In this document: piece after piece, positions 12,332 through 25,026 of the stretch
Position numbering within the stretch: position 1 is the stretch's first letter
How the letters are laid out: every line of letters starts with the position of its first letter
Assembly (NCBI RefSeq): GCF_963853765.1
Contig: NC_088854.1
Span: 36,952,001 to 37,016,000 of the forward strand
Length of the DNA: 64,000 nucleotides
Direction of reading: 5' to 3'
Source: Magallana gigas
Taxonomy: Eukaryota
Notes under the pieces: generated by a model
Seen by the model: only the letters and a program-made list of their open reading frames with translations
Databases searched by the model: none
What the model was told of the DNA's origin: nothing
Translations under genes and position numbers: made by a program

Positions 12332-15300
12332 TAGTAATTATATATTGTTTTATGTTTATATTTCAAAGACAGTATGGATAGATATTGTACTTTTCTGTTA
12401 CCATTAAGTGTATATCTTATGCGCAAAACAAAATAATAGCATAATTATGAATACAATGCATGAATACAATGTATTTTAAATGCAAATAATCATGTTTTTA
12501 ATATATTATTGACTTTAAAATCAATTGAAGCCGAAGATTCCTGACTTAACCTTAAATCAGATTCATTGAAAAACTTTCTTGTATTTATAAGATCTAATTC
12601 CAATTGTTAATGAATCATACGATTTCTATACTGCTGCAGTATAAAGCAATAAACTAGAAAACTTATTTATAAGCATTTGTATAGTGATTTAAATTGCAGC
12701 ACGAGGAACTCATATATTAATTGATTCCCATTATCATATACACGTATAAATTAATGTGAAAACCTGTTGGCCAATCCAAGGTAATGTTCTGGTTTGTTTG
12801 TTTCCATATTGCAACAAAACAGTAAAGCATTGTAGGTTTTATTTCTGTGCTAGATTATAAACCCTATTGTAGACCTTGCTAAACTCTCGCTTGTCCTTCA
12901 TTGATAAAAACTTGTAACACCTTTGAAAATCTTTATATCCAGTAAAATTTACCTTCAAAATCAATTTTTTCTTTAAACCCCCCCCCCCGGTCCCTTTCCC
13001 AGCTGTGTTACCTCTCTACTATAGGTTATGGTAAAAATTAAAGAGTACTAAATCAAGATTTTTAAGACCCCCCCCCCCCCAAATTGTATCGTCATTACTT
13101 CTGTTATGAATAAACTTAGTGCTTCTTAATGCTACATGTAGCTCCCTTCCAAGTTAATATTGAAGTTTATTTAGTAACATTTGAATTGATGGGTCATTGC
13201 ATTTATATAGCCTATACTGTAAAATGATTTTACTAATTTTTCTGACAAATAGTAATTCATTTCTATAGACGTCCTTCAATAGTATATCCACGTTACTTTG
13301 AACCCATCCCCTATTTTGATTTCCTTGATCATAAGATTAAACACTTGAATTTTTTTGTGCTTATTATTTTCAGACATCTTCCATTTTGCACTAAAAAAAA
13401 TAAATACAATTCCGCTACCCCCGGTCGTGGCCCTCTGTTCACAAGGTTGGATGATACTATATAAATAGTGCCTGTTTGGGAGGGTAACAGTTGAAATTGA
13501 CACCCCGAGAAAACCATTGTCAACCGACGCGAAGCGGAGGTTGACAATGGTTTTCGAGGGGTGTCAATTTCAACTGTTATCCTCCCAAACAGGCACTATC
13601 TATTTTGTTATACTGAATGTCTTTTTTAAAATTTTTAAGAAAATTTTACTGCTTTTATATAGGAATAACGTGAATTCTACAGCGAACCGTACGCGCATAA
13701 TTTTCGCGCATGTAACATTTTTTAATGTTACCCGTTGCCAAGTGCGTTGCTAACGCTGAGGGTAATAGTAAATATTATTAACTGCGTCTTAACCAATCAG
13801 ATTTCAGTATTTAACATGAAAGTATAACAAAAAGACATGTTTCATGCCATTTACTTAAAGCTTCAATTCTTACATAATCATTCAATCGCTCAGTTCCAAA
13901 AGAATGGCATTTCTCTCAAGATTGTAAGTGCTCCAAGGGTTATAATTGAAACTTTGACGATTAACAGACTGAGCCTCTTTGTTCCTCAGAAGATATTTAA
14001 AAATTTTATATTGAATTTAATTGAAATATGATCTATGAATTCCATGTTGAGTCCCTTCCTGGTCATCAATATTATACCAGCCATACCTTTAATGCATCCG
14101 AACATTTCCTTTTCGTATTTATGTATTCCTCCAAGGCTTGGCGTCTCTGTCAACCAAATTTTAACGCCTTTAACAACGGATTGTTTGAGTTGTTTTGTTG
14201 ATTCGGACCTAGTAGTGAAAATTTTGTTTTAAATGTTGATAGACGAGGAAACATTTTTTGGGGCAACAATTGATTAGAAATAACAGTCAAACGGATCATA
14301 GCTACTGAAATAAACGGGCAATTCTCTTAAACCCTTCAACCCAATAAATGTAAAATAACGCATTTGATTTTGCTCATTTGTAGAGGAAATCCCGTATGTT
14401 GCAGTCATTATCATCTTAAAAATGGAACTTGCGAGGGTAAGACAGCAATCCTATTCTTACCATGATTTATAACATTTTCAGAATAACAAGTAACTAGTGT
14501 CTTGTCATACTATAGTAACTAGCAAGTCGAGTTTGAAAAACTTTCTTTCTTAAAACAAACTGCAGTGTAATATACCCTGCTAAAATTTGCGGATATTCTA
14601 ATAATATCTGCAAGTTAGCAACGATTAGTGGTACTTAATTAATTCTTGAACATATATTGTTGATCTTTCTTGACCACTCTTACAGAATGCTTGGACGGTT
14701 ATTTTGGGAGATATTGCACACCGTGCACCTTTCCGTCTTATGGATATTTGTGCCGATTTACCTGTACTTGCTTACAACACCTATGTCACAACGTGCATGG
14801 ATGTCAAGGTAGGTGATTCACATATACAGTCCCAAGATATTTTTGCAGCATATTGTTGCAATTTTTATTAAAAATGCTTATATCTGTAAAAGAAGAGCAA
14901 TTGAAATCGATCAAAAGGAAAAATATCCTAGATCCAAAATATCTTTATTGATACATAATATCGTTTTTTCAATCGAAAAAAACAGATTTCTTACGTAGAT
15001 TTACAGTGGGAAATGTTGACATCTTTTCTCGATACCGAAGTCACACGGAATACATGTACCTCGCACAATTTCTCAACGTTATCACCTGGGTACTATCATC
15101 TCGCTTGCAATGTAAAATCCCCGTAGACGTTTTATTTTCAACCTGACAAGCTAGATTGAGCGTTTCATACATTAATCTTGGGATTTTTTCATGCTATCGA
15201 ATGAATTACTTTTGATATATGGTATATTTACCTTCTTTGAAAGTTTTTAACAAATATGCCGAAATAGTAGAACACTGAATATACACAGGTGCAATGCTTG

Positions 15301-16215
15301 CGGGAAACATTATGATATAACATAACTTTTTACTGTATATTGACTAAGCATGTATATTTTTACTAGTATATGCACATCTATATAAACACAGAATCAACAA
15401 TGCAGACTACAGCACAGACATCGGAACAGTCAATACAGTCAACGATAAGTTCTACAACAGAAACTACAAAAACTCGACACATGATGGCAGAACGATCTTC
15501 CTCAGTGCTAAAAGCCACCACAAAAACGTGGACTGCCGCATCGCTCAGTTCTACATACCTGGCTCTACCGTCTCTAGAGGCAACTCGGATGCCTGGTTCT
15601 ACGGGCGTTCCCCCAGATCATACGTCACAGACGTCCGTCATAATTATCGTCGGAAGTCTTGTATGTTTTTTTCTCGTTTTGATAATAGGCATTCAACTTC
15701 ATAGCAAGTGTCAGAAACAAAAGAGCGTATCGGAGCGCAAAAAAGGAAGGAATAACGCAAGTCTTTATGATATTGCAGACATTTACGACGAAATAGAAGA
15801 CGAACATGTTTCCACAGTGACAAAAAAGTACGAAATTATTGCAAACCGAAGCGAGCCAAATTACAGAAGTCCAAAACGTATCGACACTGATGCAAGTTTT
15901 GTTCCAACTTGTTCAAGTTCTAATTTGTACTTAGACGTTGCAAAAGATGGCTGTCCTGAAATTCCTGATTCGCTGCAGAATAGCTGTGAACCTCTAACTC
16001 AACCTGAATCATCCTCATTTGATGATTCAAGTCAAAATGAATGTGAACCTGTTCATGAGTCTAACTCTTCGCCGGCTGAGATATACCCACAGAGCCCTGG
16101 CGATACAGGCTATCTAGAACCTATGCGGCCAATAGACACAAAATCAGGCATTTCTGACACTCTACCTGACCATTCATCATCGTATTCGACATATTTAGAT
16201 GTAGTATTTAAGTGA
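12093..16215 (+). CDS. MEGF10/SCARF-like receptor paralog B (most complete). Exons about 12093-12132, 14384-14436, 14686-14808, 15392-16215; signal-peptide exon not identified
   Basis: In-frame splicing gives [80 protein letters not shown]..., then [23 protein letters not shown] and a tail with [27 protein letters not shown]. The donors and the three downstream acceptors are canonical; the first acceptor is uncertain. Confidence 0.8.
12244..12330. repeat. (TA)n microsatellite
   Basis: About 43 uninterrupted AT units. Confidence 0.98.
13454..13827. mobile_element. Insertion with a 135-bp near-perfect palindrome (13465-13599); non-autonomous element, possibly Crypton-like
   Basis: atagtgcctgtttgggagggtaacagttgaaattgacaccccgagaaaaccattgtcaacc-gacgcgaagcggag-gttgacaatggttttcgaggggtgtcaatttcaactgttatcctcccaaacaggcactat. 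Absent at the paralogous site in copy 1 (about 875). The superfamily is a guess. Confidence 0.7.
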
Positions 16216-17077
16216 CGTGAGAAGTGTTATATTCTCCATTACCAAGTCAAAGAACGATTCTTATTACTTATATTTACATTACAGTATTGATCAAATAATT
16301 CATCATGGTTAAATTAACCGAATTTTTACGTTAATTCCATTATGTGTAATTATGCAAACCCCCTTGTGCCCCACCAGTGTACGTCACTAAACACATCATG
16401 TTTCCATGTCGTGCAAACTGTGTATAACCATGTTGTAGCGCAAAACAATCACCTGGTGCTATTAAAAACGCCCAGTTCAGGCCACATGTCAATTATCGTG
16501 CAAGTTTTATCACCTACATAAACACTGGAAAATATTAATATTCTAGTTTTAATATGGTTTAAAAAGAGCAGGTCAAAATTGAAAATCGTGCATAATATAT
16601 CTATGCCAATAATTTGAATGCATGAACATTAGTTAATGCACAGTTTCCTTAAAGTCCATTTATGTCATATGAAAGTACATTGCTAAAAAAAATATATAAC
16701 CACTTTGCTTTTAGTGTTTCTTACAAGACAGATGGGGTATAAAAATTTTAAAAATATCTCATGGGAAAGTTACATTTGCTAAAGGGGAAATAATTTTCCT
16801 GTAGAATATCTCTAAATCAATATCTGAACTCCCCAACAGGTTTGCAATGCATTTATTTCTAACAGGTAGTTTTTCTAAAGGAAATTTAATTTCATACTTG
16901 GTTTTCAATTCCATTTGAATTGTTTTCGAATTTTACAGCTATGAAGTACTAGTAATTTAATCTCGTATAAAAACATATCATATTGGAAAATCACATTTTA
17001 GGGAATTATTTACCTACTGGATTTTTATTGGTAAAGATTAATATTCCACAAGACAAATGAAAAAAGTAGTTGTTTAA

Positions 17078-17655
17078 ACTTCTTTGGTGATTCATGTGGG
17101 ATATGAAGACATTGCAAAAAAATGCATAACAAAAGTTAGCGGGTTATGTAAATATTTTCCTTCAATGATCGCTACCTTCATATAGTCCGCATGAATCGTC
17201 AAAGATAGCACTTTATTAATTATATTTATGTGTTCCTTGCAAATTATTAATTTTATCATAAAAAGTAGGTAAAAGTATGTAAATTATTGTTGATGTACAT
17301 CAGTACGTTGAAAGAAATAGCCAAGTATTTGATTCTGGCATCATCATGATTAATTCGTGCAGTCCGTGATTTTCTTTCATGGCTACTAAAGGTTTCGACC
17401 AATCGATAAAAAGGTTAGAACTGGATCGCGTATATTTCAGCCCTTTTAGTTTCTATAGCGCTGTAAATTACAATCGATCTGTTTGAGAAATGTAGGATAA
17501 AATATATAGTGAGTGTAAATATTTTAACAACAAAATGGCCATTTGGTGTTTTATGCTGGATATGGACCTTGCGGATTTCAGTCCTGTCAGTTTCTATATA
17601 GAGCTGTGAATTACAATTAATTTCCGTAAGAAATAGAGGGAATCATACTTAATGG
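17078..17655 (-). repeat. Dispersed repeat (inverted copy of the family at 46809-47236 and 58918-59215)
   Basis: Reverse complement of ctaccaagtattattccctctatttctt at about 17630-17655; gtcctgtcagtttc; palindromic end ggtgattcatgtggg...ttagcgggttatg...cgcatgaatcgtcaaag. Confidence 0.75.
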
Positions 17656-18128
17656 ATGTTCATGTAAATATGAAATAATAAACTCTTACCACAATTTTAA
17701 CCTATTTGATTTTTACACATTTGATTTTCTTAGGAACTGCTCGTTTAACGGGTGCCAAAAATACCACCTTAGTGCTGAGCCGCTGACATAATTATTCGGC
17801 TGTGTTGTGTGCAAACTAATCGAATCAAGCATGCTAATTATTGAATGTTAATTTGTGTATTTCAAAATGTTCTTTTTAGGTTTCGTAAGTTAACCTAATT
17901 TGGAAATAATTTAGTATTTGGAAATGACAAATGTGACTTACTGTTAAATGTTCTAGCTCATGGATAAGAATGGCGGTAAAAGAATAAAATAAAATGTACA
18001 AAACGAAAAGGAAAGAATCATTATGTAAGTAGTTATCATCGTGACAGGTATAAAGGAAATTAATTGATATTACATACCTGACTACTGTATGCAGCTAGTA
18101 ACCATATGTATGTAATTTTAATTTAATC

Positions 18129-18454
18129 AGTCCAATCCACACTTTGCAAAAGTTGTTTCCCTTTGCAGGCTCAACCCAAAGGTTAAAAGAGAAAAAACAA
18201 CTTTTTCCTTCTTTATGCAACAGAGTATTTGGGCGTCCTGTGATGAAATCGTTTGGAACTTAATTTATTCATTCAATATGTGTGTTGCCCCATCCTCGGG
18301 CAATCAAAATACAGACGGGAAACGGATTTTTAATGTCAAATGACAAAGTTATAAACCTATAAACTACATAGGCTACTGTGAGAAATCTATGGGGGGTTTT
18401 TTCCCAAAGATGGCGGCCAAAGGGTCATAACTTATGTAAAGTGGGGATTGGTCT
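18129..18454. mobile_element. MITE inserted in duplication copy 2
   Basis: TIRs agtccaatccacacttt / aaagtggggattggtct. The paralogous site in copy 1 (about 3940-3950) lacks it. Confidence 0.7.
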
Positions 18455-20341
18455 TATAGACATTGTGAAAAATTGACGAACACATTTTAACTTGATTGTT
18501 TTCAATGCCAAAGAATAAGTCTGTTGTGTATTTTTGGTATTTGGTAACAAGAAGAAAAGCACATCGACTATCTCAATGATGAACGACATCAATTACATTA
18601 TGAACGTCTTCCATTAAAATCAAACCGTTCATTGTTTGGGATCGCTGGCTCTTGCTTTGAAATTCAGTCTGTAAATCTCTTTTCGTAATTGATGCCGTCC
18701 ATTATTGAATTATCCCACTCACTGTTTCGTCTCTTACCTATTTCGAAAATGTGTTCTGCGGTAAAGCGTAAAGTTTTAAAAACTTCTTTTGTCGCCCATG
18801 AAAGTAACTCATCAAAATCTACCAAATCTAATTAGACAAGTTAACTTTACATGCTTAATTAATTTGCTCACATGGTCTTAATTAGATGTGATTCATTATC
18901 TATGTCAAAATGATTAATTGAAAATGACCATCATGTGAAAAAGCACAAGTCGTTAATGAAGTGAAAGTAATTGCATCATTTTGATGTTAATGGAAATGAA
19001 TGCTTTTTGTTTTGTTTAAAAGAATCATTGATAACTAAATGAGAAAAAGAAATTGTAGCTCTAAAACGCCGGTGTATGATAGTCAGTAAAAATAAAAACT
19101 ATCTGTAATATTTGTACATAATGTAATAATTATTATGATCTACTCGTATCTTGTTATGTAAACAAGAGTAGAGTGTTGTGGAGTACATGTGTATTTGAGA
19201 ATCCTTGACATCACGCCTGTGTACAATATACATGTACATGTACGTCACATAATTGTTCTATCTTGTACACTTTATTACCATAGCAACCTCTTTAAATTGC
19301 GCTAATCTTTTTTTTTCATTAATCCATGGTTTATCTTGACCCTATCGAGTCTATTTTAGATTCTTCAATGTCCTTTCATAGACAAATATTTCTTCCTTGT
19401 AAATGTAAGCAAGTATTAAACAAAATTGATCGTATACATTAAGTAGCCTCTCCAATGTTATTTGTGTACAACAACATTCCGATTTAACAGAACCTTTTAA
19501 CAATATTGTATAATAATGGAGTACTTTGTTTAGACTGCTTGTCTAAAAACAAATAACGAACGTTCATATAAGCTCTGTGGCAACGTAATGTGAAAAAATT
19601 ACTCATTTATGTATAAACAAGTTGCTGTCCTTTAAAAAAGGACTGCAATACGTGGACCATTTGCATGTGTTTTCAACGAAGACGTGAAAGCCTTAAAATT
19701 ATCACAGATTCTACCAACTCTAGCCCCCTGCTTTTAACTACTAAATTTGTACGTTGTATTATGTATATGTATAGTTGACTTTTAATCTCAGAATTTAAAA
19801 GGTTCATACTTCTAAAATAATTATGATCTATGTTAATGAAGATTGCATGTATAGTATAAGGCATTCGGCGAATTCTACTATTTGCGCACATTACGCTTCG
19901 CACTACCTTTGTTAACTTTGCAGTGACAGCTTTGTGTAAATCATTTCATATTTTGATGCATTTTTCTTGAGATTTAAACTTTAATACAGTGACAAAAATT
20001 TATTATATACAGTCACATAATTATTCACTCATACTTAAATGCTTAAATAATTTTAATCGGGAAGTACTCTAGCCTCGCCTTCTATAAAAGTAAAATTCAG
20101 CTATAGTGTATTCAGAAAATAACAAAACATTGCAAATTATGCTATTTGATGCATGTTGTAGTTTCGGCATAACCTTAACTTATTTCATAATACTGACAGT
20201 TTATATCACATGCCAATCATTTCTTTAAAAGGAATACTTTGTTTCTGTTTACCGACAACTTTACAATAGTACAGCGCCTTTGAACTTACATACATGTGCA
20301 TATGGCATGGAATCCCGATCCCGATTCAGATAAAACTGTGC

Positions 20342-20474
20342 TAGCCTGGTTCCCTGAGCTACCCATTACGCACCAATCGGCAATCCTCGGCTGATTCCGC
20401 TACGCTCCATACAAACATTCGAGTGCGCGAGACATCCGAGTAGTTCCGAGTGATTACGCACAGGAACCAGGCTA
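20342..20474. mobile_element. Small MITE with TAG...CTA termini (Academ-like termini; no clear TSD)
   Basis: tagcctggttcc ... ggaaccaggcta, a perfect 12-bp TIR around a GC-richer interior. Confidence 0.6.
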
Positions 20475-20771
20475 GCTCATGCGCAGGCTGAATTTTCTCC
20501 ATAGCATCCGGTTTAACCTCGCTTATTAATTTTCTGCGTGGACCTCAGGGTCCACGCAATGGCAAATTCTGGGATCCGATTTATTAATAAGTTGATAGTA
20601 TGGTGATTTGCACACACTAATGAATATGTTTTATCAATGTCTTGGAGAACGGGGGGGGGGGGGGGGGGCAACCAAATAAACAATACAGTTACTACTATAA
20701 CACATCATTCAAAATTACATGTGAAGAAGGCCCTCTACACTTTATTTTTCTTTCCTTAATGTATGATAAAA

Positions 20772-20989
20772 AGCAAACTGAAGAAATTGTAAAATAACGA
20801 CAAAAAGGGGTAAGCTTTGCTGTTAATAAAGTACAGTGATAATGAGAAAATGAGCTGTGTAGCAACCTCTAATTATACAGTATCCACTAATGATATAAAG
20901 TTGCATTAGTGGTCAGACCGTTAATGAAATAATTGTAATCAGCAAAGCTTATCCCTTTTCTCATTATTTTACAATTTCTCCAGTTTGCT
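20772..20989. repeat. Inverted-repeat element (about 50-bp arms) with internal hairpin
   Basis: agcaaactgaagaaattgtaaaataacgacaaaaaggggtaagctttgctg vs reverse complement of the 3' arm agcaaactggagaaattgtaaaataatgagaaaagggataagctttgctg. Internal ccactaatg...cattagtgg. Confidence 0.7.
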
Positions 20990-22389
20990 GTTGACTCAAT
21001 TTATTTCGACCAAACCCTGCACAATTTTTTTTTAACGTGCGTTAATATATCGACGATATTAACTCACTTTGAAATTATTTTATTTTTTTTTTCAAAGTGC
21101 GTTGAATTTGTCCAAAAAGTAATTAACGCATTTTGAAAAAAAACAAAAAATTTTCAAGGTACGTAATTTTTTTTAAGTGCGTTGTAACAAAGATCCGACA
21201 TAAAACAAATATCATGCACGCGGGCAAAAAATGGAGAAAAACAAACGTTCTCACATCGTTTGATATATATAAAGATAAGAAGCAATGGAATTTTAGAAAC
21301 ACAATCATGCAAAGCAAAATGAACACGTAACGCAAAGATAATTGGCTTAACAACATGATTATCTTACATTCTCAATAGGCTTGGCGCGCCACTGGGTAAT
21401 TGAAGCCATCTTAAGCCAACCCTTAAGCCATATCCGTCTTTAGACAAAATATGGATAAGTCGATTCTTCGTCTCCTTACTGGTCAGGCATTTACTACGAA
21501 AAGTCTCGTTTTTATATTTATAAGAAAAAAGTCATTTGCACAATTTTCTGTTGTTATTTTTTCTCAGAAAATGTGGTTGCACCTGTGTTGTTGTGATTTA
21601 CAGGGATTCATAGTCCAGTAGATATAAGGAGGAACTCCTGGATATTGTTGTATGGATACATTGTCGTTAAATAAGACGCTTATTCATACAGCAAAAAAAA
21701 CCATAATTTATGTCATATTACACGTTAATAAAAAAAAATCATATAATACACACATTGTCCGAAATGAAACACCTTTGAACTTTAATATTTACATGACACA
21801 CGCGCATTGCCAGAATAGAAACAATGTAAGACAAGAAGTATGCTGCTTCTGTAAGCGTCCTTGATATGCTTTTGATTGACATAACCTAACAAGTGTTTGT
21901 TTTCATCCCTTCATTCACCAAGATGATCACTCGGGACCTCTCAAGACACTGTAAATTAATGAAAACCGTCGTAGAGGTCGCATTTTTAAAATCACATAAG
22001 CGAGGTGTCAGTTCATTATGTCATAAACCCGTCATCATGTTTTGCCCGGTCGGATAAACAAATTTTCGCTCATTTATAACCACGACGTTTTGAAACAGTG
22101 ACATATGCAAATGTTTTTTTTTGTTCGTATTCTAACTGTTTAAGATGACGCTGGTTTTCGTGTTTTGGCGAAACGGCCAGAAGGACGATTGATAAAAATC
22201 TTCCGAAAAAAGCATTCATCCGTGGAAAGGTTCGTTATATTGCATAGGTACAAGGGGGAGCTATGCTATTTCATTAAAAAAAAGGAAGCGGAACGGTCAC
22301 TTGGAGAACGGACCTTGGATGATTCGGGTTTAAGAAAGGGGGAGTCGAGAACCGTTTATTTTAAAGGATAAAAAATTCTTGAGAGGAAA

Positions 22390-24952
22390 ATGGCATTGGT
22401 TTGGAAGATTCTTTTTTACTTTACTGGTTTGCTGATCGCTGTCACATGTCAAGGTAATTTAGGCTAATTTTCTCTTTTCTTTTTCTTTTTTCTTTATTAA
22501 AAAAGTATTTTTTTTACCTACCTGTAGAACCTTTTATCCTCAAAAAGAGAAACTCAATACTTTCCCTTTAAAAACGTTTTTTACCTGGATGATTATTGTC
22601 CTGATTGACAGATGATTGACATTTATTACTGAGTGATCATAACACACCTGTCTTGTCCGCAAAACATTAGCCAATACTTCCTTACTCACTCTAATTTGCG
22701 ATCGTGATGTTAATTTTAATACAACTTTCTGCATTCTGTATATTATGCATGCTAAGTTTTACTCTTCTTTTAAAAAAAGAATAATGAAATTTAAAAAAAA
22801 AAATGTTTTCTTTGGGTTTTAGAAGTGACTTTGATTGGATCGTCTGCTCTGTACTCCACAACCTAGTATTTTGGTATTAGCCGTAAAAGTTGTGTTTATG
22901 CCCAGGGATACGATGTTATCCAATAGTAGACTTCTGTTGATACGGTGATCGTTCTGTTGGGGCACTGCCTCATATAAAGAACGGAAAGATCTCCAGCAAT
23001 GTGCAAATTAGATGATAGGATTACGTAATGATATAAGTCGCAATTTATCTTCGTTAAAATACTTGTAAAATTTTTTAAGATCTGTGTGCAAAATCATAGA
23101 CGACCACCATCATTTTCGTCCCCTGTTCATTTTCTAGCCTAGCGTTTTTCACAATAATTCTCTTTTCAATGGTCAAGGTATTTGAGCATTGAATTCACAG
23201 TCATTCGACTGAAACTGGACAAAGCGAATTTTTAACCTTTCAATATAGCTGATGGTAGCCTCAGGGAATATATACCTCTCTTTCTGATCAATTAACCCAA
23301 TATGACTTTTCTTTCGGATTGTTGAATCTTTCACCCCCACCCCTACCCCATTTCTTTAAGATAGGTTTACTTAGTCTAATAGCAGCGTGTGAAAATAGTT
23401 CAGAAGTACATGTATAATATTTGCATTAAATTTTAATTCTGAATGGTAAGAAACAGTCGTGACTTCAAAATATGAAGACATAATTTAAATGACGTTCAGT
23501 GTATACTTCTATGGACAGTTAATGTTATTTATAGATAAAACCATGAAGTTTGGTTGAAATAAGTAACTAGGGATTTGACGATATATATATCTTTATTCTC
23601 ACATAAATGCCCTGAATGTATATCCAGCACTTTTGCTAGCAGGTCGTTTGACTTCAATTTCGTGCAGCATATTTTGTCGAGAGCATTTTTATGTAAATGA
23701 GGACAGAACCTTCATGTATGATTGGCGATGAACTAATGCCCACTGGCCTTACTTAACCAGTATGCCACTGTTCGCTTTTCCGTTAATTTATTAATTGTTT
23801 GCACGGATTAACAGATTGTAGCCATTCAAATTCAGTCATGACCACACAACAAAGTCTGTGACTTTATCAAATTAAAATCATTTTCTTTGAAGGCTTCTGT
23901 GAAATTTATTCCAATAGTCGTGATTTGCAAAAATATCCAAAAATCTGCAAGTCTGTAGTTGTTTTAAAAAGGTCAGCAATGGAAATATTGACTTTTTTTT
24001 TTACACAAATGTTATGTCAGTCTTGTAGTTCAGTTCTTATTGTCCTATTAGTTTCTGAATGTTAAGACGTTAGTTCATTCCAGTCTGACACGTTCAAAAG
24101 AATGTCATTAGACCTTGGAGGGATAACATATACACAACCTTGGGGATCTTTCTTATTTGCATTTACACACAAAACAAACGTGAAAACACATGTAAATATT
24201 TGCCTATCGTGTAAAGCCAACTGCACAAATCATTGATTTGATAACATACTTGCTATCGATATCGCTATCTATTTTTCTTTGAGTTGGTTTTCTTAGTGTC
24301 CCCCGGGGCTATTTTTGGTAATTAGATCAGCATTGCATTCTTTGATAAAAAGATAAAATTTATTTGAAATTTTCTTTTGAAGAGACTGTATACCACGCAC
24401 ATGTAATTGGAAACGTGAAATGTGCTAAAGTGATAAAAATGTAAAAGTTGTTTAATGCGTACAATAAAACAAAGGCTAGAGTTATTTTTTTGTACTTCAA
24501 TCATGTCAGGCATGCATCATTTTCGAAAACCAAATCAATTAACTCATTAAAAAACTACGATGTAAAGTTGATTGTACAGAGTTATATAATTAATTCATAG
24601 TAAATTCATAGTAAATCGAATAAAAACTGCACATTGAATATATTTATTTAATATAACACAAGTCCCATCAAACATTACAGTAGAATGATGCATCAAATAT
24701 TGTACTACATGCATATCAAATCTATGTTTTTACAAAGTTAGAATTACATGTATCTAGCTTTCATGAATGAGCCAGTTCATATCTTAAATACACTTGACTT
24801 GTTTTGACAATAGGGCTACTTATACATGCTACTTGAACATACACATGTATGTCATCATTAAAAGGCGTGAGAAGTCAAGTAGTACTTCAAGTAGTAGAAA
24901 ATCCAAGTGTTGCTTCATGAATGACCCGAGTTTTGCTGACTCGAAAAGTATT

Positions 24953-25026
<74 letters not shown>

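Larger units (their letters stand above)
12520..19205 (+). repeat. Segmental duplication unit, copy 2 (paralogous to 1-4680)
   Basis: See copy 1. This copy additionally contains the TM/tail exon region and two insertions. Confidence 0.9.

Noticed and set aside
12120-12407. ORF with YIYIYI repeats
   Set aside because: Translation of the intronic (TA)n microsatellite. Only its first bases overlap a real exon, in another frame.
9434-15807. Minus-strand ORFs opposite the receptor terminal exons
   Set aside because: Antisense shadows of the real plus-strand exons.
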